A stretch of 36,906 nt of DNA from Planctomycetota bacterium (lineage in GTDB: Bacteria; Planctomycetota; UBA8108). Shown in pieces: positions 32,195 to 36,906 of this stretch. Within the stretch, counting starts at the first letter, position 1. The number at the start of each line of letters is the position of its first letter. The position numbers and the translations under genes are program-made. Where the stretch lies: contig JAYGDV010000127.1 of NCBI GenBank assembly GCA_046582735.1, positions 1-36,906 of the forward strand, read 5' to 3'. Under the pieces are notes generated by a model. It searched no databases. It was not told the DNA's origin and saw only the letters and a program-made list of their open reading frames with translations.

Positions 32195-33193
32195 TTATCC
32201 GGAAGATTCTGCCGACCCATCTGCGGGCGGCTTGTTCGATGCCTCCAGCCGCCGCAGAAGCAGAGTATCGATCAGCAGCTGGACTACGTGGTAGAGGGCC
32301 AGGGGGAGCGCACCGTAGGGGTTAGCTGCAAAGAACGTCGTCCAGATATAGATCCCGTTCGGAAGGGTCTTCTGGCTGCCGCAGAGGATCACCGCTGTGC
32401 GGCTTTGCGGCGGTATTCGCAGGGCGCGGGATGAGAGCCAGGTCCACCCGAGGAGGGCCAGGTGCAGGCACAGGCAGGCCCCCAGGAACCTGAGTGCCAG
32501 GTCCGGAGCTTCGCCCAGCCGTACGGTTGCAGCACAGAAGCCGGTGTAGAGAAAGGAGAGAATGACAATCCGGGGCAGGAGCCTGAGCGCCGGAAGGACT
32601 CCCTGGGCCCGTTGCCAGAGAAACCTCCTGGCGATTTGCCCGGCAGCCACGGGCAGCACCACGATCCACGTAATCCTCAGCATGATCTCGGCAAAAGGCA
32701 CCTCGACAGCATGGATCTCGAGCGAGAGCTCAAGGACCAGGGGGGTCAGGACCGCGGTGAGGATGCTTGAAAGGACAGTGATGAGAAGAGCCAGCTCCTG
32801 GTTGCCTCGTGCGATGGAGGTCATGGCGAGGGCCGAGGCCAGGGTGCCGGCCTGTGCTGCAAGAATCATCATCGCCTCGAGGAAAAACGCTCCGGCTGAT
32901 TCGGGGCCTCTTATTTCCGGGCCCCAGGCCTTTGCCAGCGCATAGGCCGCCACCGGCGCCACGGCATAGGTCGTCGCCAGGGTGAGCAGAATGGCCCATA
33001 GGTTTTTCGTCTGGGCAAGCAGCCGGGAGGTGTCGAGCGTGAAGCCTGAGATCCCGAGGACCACGGCCACCAGCAGTGGTATGGCGAAGCTACTCTCTCG
33101 CAGGCTCTCCCCGCCCTGGGGAAGGAGGTAGCCGCCGGCCACGGCGGCAGCCATTGCGAGGAGAAACCAGTGACGTTTGAAGAAGGAATCCAT
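32195..33193 (-). CDS. bile acid:sodium symporter (BASS/SBF-like) family transporter
   Basis: 332 aa, about 9-10 hydrophobic helices. The N-terminus FFKRHWFLLAMAAAVAGGYLLP and ISGFTLDTSRL are typical of SBF-like/DUF4137 members. Confidence 0.75.
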   Translation of the reverse strand: MDSFFKRHWFLLAMAAAVAGGYLLPQGGESLRESSFAIPLLVAVVLGISGFTLDTSRLLAQTKNLWAILLTLATTYAVAPVAAYALAKAWGPEIRGPESAGAFFLEAMMILAAQAGTLASALAMTSIARGNQELALLITVLSSILTAVLTPLVLELSLEIHAVEVPFAEIMLRITWIVVLPVAAGQIARRFLWQRAQGVLPALRLLPRIVILSFLYTGFCAATVRLGEAPDLALRFLGACLCLHLALLGWTWLSSRALRIPPQSRTAVILCGSQKTLPNGIYIWTTFFAANPYGALPLALYHVVQLLIDTLLLRRLEASNKPPADGSAESSG

Positions 33194-33217
33194 GGCGGTT
33201 GCCTCTCACTCTAACAT

Positions 33218-33235
33218 CCCGGCCTGTCGGCCGGG
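33218..33235 (-). terminator. short GC hairpin downstream of the CotH-like gene (weak terminator candidate)
   Basis: CCCGGCC-tgtc-GGCCGGG (7-bp stem) 42 nt past the stop. No clear U-tract. Confidence 0.25.
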
Positions 33236-33276
33236 CCAAGAGGTTGGCGGGAGATGGGGCCGGTTTTCGCAAAGCC

Positions 33277-36200
33277 TCAGGGTGCGCAGGCATCCGGGCA
33301 ATCGGGCAGGCGCACGCACTCGACGCCCAGGCTCGGGGGAGCTCCGTTGTTGAAAAGGTAGAGCAGGAGGAAGACAGCGTCGGTCAGGTTGGCCTCCTGG
33401 TCCCCGTCGATATCGAGGAGGGCCAGGTTGGAGGGGTGTTCAAAGACCCCGTCGGCGCAGGGCAGCGGCCGGGTCTCACCACCGAAGAGATGGCGCAGGT
33501 GAACAACCGCGTCGGTAATGTTCAGGCTGCCATCCTGGGCGACGTCACCGGGCAGCTGGCTGCCGCCCTCGCTCTCGCCGTCTTCCCTCGCTGGTGAGCC
33601 GTGGCGGGAATTACTCAGCCGCCAGGAGGCGGGATCGCTCCAGCTCTCCACCGCGGCAAGGGGGTCCCGGATCACGATGGACAGTCCCTTGCCGTCTGCG
33701 GCCGGATACCATTCGTCATCGTATTCAAAATCGAGGATGGTCTCCGCGCTGCCGAAGGAGAGGGTGACCTGTTCCCCGCCGTTGGACAACCTGCCGGAGT
33801 ATTCTCCAGCGATGAGCATGCCGGTGGTGTCGTGGCGGGAGGCAAAGGCCGCAGCGTTCCTGACGACGAGAACATACTCGCCCGCGGGAAGCTCCTCAAC
33901 TTCCGAGCCGGCAAAGGAGAACTCGACACCCTCGCTGAGGTGGACCTCGCGGAGGTCAATGCCCTGGTTGCCGATGTTCTGGATCTCGATGAACTCAAAA
34001 CCTTCATCCCCGAGGGGATTGAACATGAGCTCGGTGATCCGCAGTGACGACTGCACCAGGTCCGGGGCGGTCGGGGCGGTGACGGTGAACTCAACGGGTG
34101 CTGACCAGTGGCTCCAGCGCCCGGTGTCATCCTTGACCTTGAGCCGGACCCTGTAGGTTTTCCCGACCTCGACCGCGCTGCGGGGCACCATCAGGAGGGA
34201 GCTGAACTGTTCGGTTTCAAGCTCCCAGGCGGCTGGCCATTCGTAGACGCGTTGCCTGTCAGGATCGAAGGGGGCATTGGCCGGTGTTACCTCTCCAAGA
34301 CGCCATTTCATGGCGGCAAAGCCGTCATTCTGGGGGTCATCAAAACCCTGGGTGTTGAAAAGCAGGGCATTGGCGGGGAAGCTCTCCGGCCCGCCGGAAA
34401 CGATGGCCGGGGTTGCCGGGATCCTGGTGCGGTCACCCTCCGCATTGGCGAGATTCTCGAGGTGGCGTGCCCTTCCACCGGCGGGCACCGTCGGGCCGGT
34501 TGAGCCGCTCCAGCCCATGAAGGCAAAGCGTTTCATGTCATTGATCTTGGTTCCGAGGGCGCCGAAGTCCTGGCGGCCGGCCTGTGAGGGCGCGTTGCGC
34601 CAGCGGTCACGGTCCGCCATGGAGAAGGTCATGATCCGCTCGGCGAGGTCGTCGATCATCTGGTTGAGGACCTGCTGGGTCCATATGAGATCGCGGAACT
34701 CGCGCAGGAAGTTACGGTATTTCTGTTTGTATTCGGGCTTCCCTCCGCCGCCGAAGATGGCGTCCTTTGAATAGTCCACCCCGCTGTTCCAGTTGGGTCC
34801 CCAGCTTGCATCGGAATCCCAGGGCATGGTCCACAGCCTGCCGTAGGGCCCCCGGTCATCGGGTTCGAAATACCAGGCCCGGTTCTTGGAGTGCGAGTCA
34901 GCCGGGCGGAAGTCGTAGTGGCGGATCCCCTCAACCACGGCATGGTAGGGGTACCACCTGTCGTAGTTGACATGGGCGTCGAGCCAGTCCGCGTTTCGCT
35001 GGGGCCGCAGGCTGCGGCGGATGTTCTGGAAATCCGCGTCCGTGGTGATGGCATCGCGCCCCTGGTTGCGCCGCAGGTCGTTGCCGTTGAACTGGCCGTC
35101 CTTGAGCTTGTAGAGGTTGCCGTCTTCGAGGCCGTGGGCATCGAGAAAGCGCGGATCGTAGTCTTCGATCCCGACGAACATGCCCCAGAAATCACCGAGG
35201 TATTGTCCGTTGCCGCCGGCGGGGACCTCGTCGACTCCATCGAGAACCCGGAAATGGAAAGTGTTGAAGTGGGGCGCCGGCACTCCGACCATGTTCCACA
35301 GCAGCGAATTTATCGACTCGGTGACGCCGAAGTTGCCCACCCGCTTATTGTCAAACATCTTGCCGGTATTGAGAGTTCTCCAGCGTGTCGGGTAGCGCTT
35401 GCCGTAGTTATCCCGCGCCTTGAGGTAATTGCTCTTTGGGAAGCGGATTCGCATGGAGCGCTTCCCGCTGCCCCCGTAGCGATCGTTGGCCTGGCGCAGC
35501 CGGTACCGAACGTGGTCATAAACCTCGCCGTCGTAAACGAAGGCGCCCTCCCAGTTGAAGTGGTCACGGGCGGGTTCGTTCGACTTGGGGATGTTGAAGC
35601 CGCCCGTAAGATTGAGGCAATGGGTCATGTCGCCGGCCGTGGTAATGAGGGTGTAGACCGGCAGGGCGGCCATTTCTTCGGCACTGTAGGTATGGCCGGT
35701 GCCCCCGGGATGAACCGAGGCCCTCGAGGCCGTGTAGGCCGGGACGCCATCGTAGAAGAAGGCCGCAAAATTGAGCGTTGGGTCATCCTTGTAGGGCACG
35801 GTCACCGCCGCGCCGGGATTGTCGGTGGCGGTGATACGGTAGCGCAGCAGGGTTCTGTGCGCCTGGCCGGGGATCAGCGCAGAGAAGACTCCATCAGCGG
35901 CGGCTTCATCCCCGCCAAGCCCATCGTCTGACATCCCCAGGGAGGTCCAGTTGTCCGGGTTTTCGTACTCCGGGTTGGGCTCGTGGGCCCTGGTTGGTTG
36001 AGAGGTCAGGATGTTGTGCGGATGGGAGAGGAAGGCCGGGATGTAATTGCCGGGCCGGACCACCTGGTATTTCAGGCTGACCTCGAGGACGCCCTGGGGA
36101 TCGGTGATTTTCGCGGTTACCCGGAGAGGCTCATCGGCTGCCGGTTGCCCGGGGCTGTGGTCTACCTGGCGCACCTGGGGTCCCGGGTTGCCGGAGAAAA

Positions 36201-36906
36201 CCGTATTGCGCCTGCCGGGGCTCGGAGGCAGGAGAGCTCCGGGCTCTTCGTCCTCGGTTCCAGGCGAGAAGAGCTCGAGGTCCGCCGAGGTGTCGGAGCT
36301 GTTCAGCGAGGTGTTGAAGGCGTGGATGGCGACCAGGTTTTCTCCCACCTGGAAGTAGGCCTGCGGGTTCTGTAGCTCCACGGGAATCCAGCGAGCCTCC
36401 CGGCCGCCGAGGGCCTCGTCATCATAGGTCTGCTCGCCCTCCTCCATGTTGTAGCGCAGCACCTCCGTTCCGTTGATCCAGACGACGGCTCCGTCGTCGA
36501 AGTACTGGTTCAGGACCAGGGCGTCGGGGATCTCCGAGGCGGCCTCGATGGTGAAGGTGTGCCGCATGTAGATGGAGGTGTAGGAGTTGCGCATGTTCGC
36601 AAGCTCCGTATTGTCATCATTGTCGCCGAAGCCGATGGAGGCCTGGCCGGTGAGCCAGGTTTCATCGAGGGGAAAGCCGTCCTCGCGCCACCGGGCAGGT
36701 GGATTGGAAGCTTCCGAGGTTCCCAGGCGGTAACGCCACGATGCGCTTTCTCCCCGGATGAAATAAACCCGCTCGGTGAAGGGGCGCTCGATGAGCCCGG
36801 AGGCTCTCCAGCTGCCGGCCAGGTTGTTGTCGCTGCCGGGATGGAGAAGCTCCATGGAGCTGCCCTTGCCCTGGGAGGCCAGCGGCCAGGGGAAGCCGGC
36901 CTGGTA
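33277..36906 (-). CDS. giant exported CotH-kinase-domain protein with lamin-tail (LTD) domains and a C-terminal dockerin-like pair; 5'-truncated at the window edge
   Basis: The frame stays open to nt 36906 (YQAGFPWPLASQGKGSSMELLHPGSDNNLAGSW resembles the end of an LTD). CotH-like core: RIRFPKSNYLKARDNYGKRYPTRWRTLNTGKMFDNKRVGNFGVTESINSLLWNMVGVPAPHFNTFHFRV...NLYKLKDG. Second LTD: LRITELMFNPLGDEGFEFIEIQNIGNQGIDL. C-terminus: GDVAQDGSLNITDAVVHLRHLF...DIDGDQEANLTDAVFLLLYLF. Confidence 0.85.
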   Translation of the reverse strand, partial: YQAGFPWPLASQGKGSSMELLHPGSDNNLAGSWRASGLIERPFTERVYFIRGESASWRYRLGTSEASNPPARWREDGFPLDETWLTGQASIGFGDNDDNTELANMRNSYTSIYMRHTFTIEAASEIPDALVLNQYFDDGAVVWINGTEVLRYNMEEGEQTYDDEALGGREARWIPVELQNPQAYFQVGENLVAIHAFNTSLNSSDTSADLELFSPGTEDEEPGALLPPSPGRRNTVFSGNPGPQVRQVDHSPGQPAADEPLRVTAKITDPQGVLEVSLKYQVVRPGNYIPAFLSHPHNILTSQPTRAHEPNPEYENPDNWTSLGMSDDGLGGDEAAADGVFSALIPGQAHRTLLRYRITATDNPGAAVTVPYKDDPTLNFAAFFYDGVPAYTASRASVHPGGTGHTYSAEEMAALPVYTLITTAGDMTHCLNLTGGFNIPKSNEPARDHFNWEGAFVYDGEVYDHVRYRLRQANDRYGGSGKRSMRIRFPKSNYLKARDNYGKRYPTRWRTLNTGKMFDNKRVGNFGVTESINSLLWNMVGVPAPHFNTFHFRVLDGVDEVPAGGNGQYLGDFWGMFVGIEDYDPRFLDAHGLEDGNLYKLKDGQFNGNDLRRNQGRDAITTDADFQNIRRSLRPQRNADWLDAHVNYDRWYPYHAVVEGIRHYDFRPADSHSKNRAWYFEPDDRGPYGRLWTMPWDSDASWGPNWNSGVDYSKDAIFGGGGKPEYKQKYRNFLREFRDLIWTQQVLNQMIDDLAERIMTFSMADRDRWRNAPSQAGRQDFGALGTKINDMKRFAFMGWSGSTGPTVPAGGRARHLENLANAEGDRTRIPATPAIVSGGPESFPANALLFNTQGFDDPQNDGFAAMKWRLGEVTPANAPFDPDRQRVYEWPAAWELETEQFSSLLMVPRSAVEVGKTYRVRLKVKDDTGRWSHWSAPVEFTVTAPTAPDLVQSSLRITELMFNPLGDEGFEFIEIQNIGNQGIDLREVHLSEGVEFSFAGSEVEELPAGEYVLVVRNAAAFASRHDTTGMLIAGEYSGRLSNGGEQVTLSFGSAETILDFEYDDEWYPAADGKGLSIVIRDPLAAVESWSDPASWRLSNSRHGSPAREDGESEGGSQLPGDVAQDGSLNITDAVVHLRHLFGGETRPLPCADGVFEHPSNLALLDIDGDQEANLTDAVFLLLYLFNNGAPPSLGVECVRLPDCPDACAP

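Noticed and set aside
1-36906. Search for CRISPR arrays, tRNA/rRNA genes, transposases, integrases, phage genes, toxin-antitoxin pairs or known defence systems
   Set aside because: I found no spaced direct repeats, no tRNA T-arm motifs in the intergenic regions and no ORF with recombinase, transposase, nuclease or ATPase defence hallmarks. The window looks like ordinary, though poorly characterised, chromosomal DNA rather than a mobile or defence island.

Overview
This is a 36.9-kb bacterial chromosomal window, roughly 60% GC by eye. I call 24 protein-coding genes on both strands. I see no rRNA, tRNA, CRISPR array, transposase or integrase. The gene content points to a member of the PVC superphylum (Planctomycetota, Verrucomicrobiota or Kiritimatiellota-like), which is inference: PSCyt1/PSCyt2/PSD1 'planctomycete cytochrome' modules, DUF1501, PPC domains, dockerin-like C-termini, a giant CotH+LTD protein and many low-complexity exported proteins.

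Recognisable housekeeping and accessory genes:
- an M14 MpaA-like lipoprotein
- a Zn-dependent alcohol dehydrogenase
- a phnA-phnY-phnW operon for 2-aminoethylphosphonate catabolism
- a parvulin-type PPIase and a ROK kinase
- an M1/LTA4H-like aminopeptidase
- an isocitrate lyase/PEP mutase family lyase, an SDR, a VOC/glyoxalase and a Gfo/Idh/MocA oxidoreductase
- a GroES-like protein and a BASS-family transporter

Four items deserve a second look:
1. A tightly spaced four-gene operon at 3007-11997 in which every product carries an export signal. It encodes a Tat-signal DUF1501, a double-PPC protein with a TonB-like K/P tail, a PSCyt2/PSD1 protein, and a PSCyt1-WD40-coiled-coil protein. It is built entirely from families of unknown function.
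2. A thioredoxin-fold exported protein at 25499-26383 whose reading frame is interrupted by a single in-frame TGA exactly at the position of the active-site Cys. A hairpin follows 18 nt downstream, making this a candidate selenoprotein.
3. An orphan + strand transcription unit of about 345 nt at 15044-15423, in a 717-bp gap with no convincing ORF. It has a near-consensus promoter, a strong intrinsic terminator, and a 13-codon mini-ORF whose Shine-Dalgarno pairs with its own 3' end.
4. Several unusual low-complexity membrane or exported proteins: an FHA protein with a P/Q/Y-rich domain, an acidic/basic charge-block zinc-ribbon protein, and dockerin-like tails shared by the two giant edge genes.

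All calls come from reading motifs in the supplied translations and the DNA. No database, HMM or covariance search was run.
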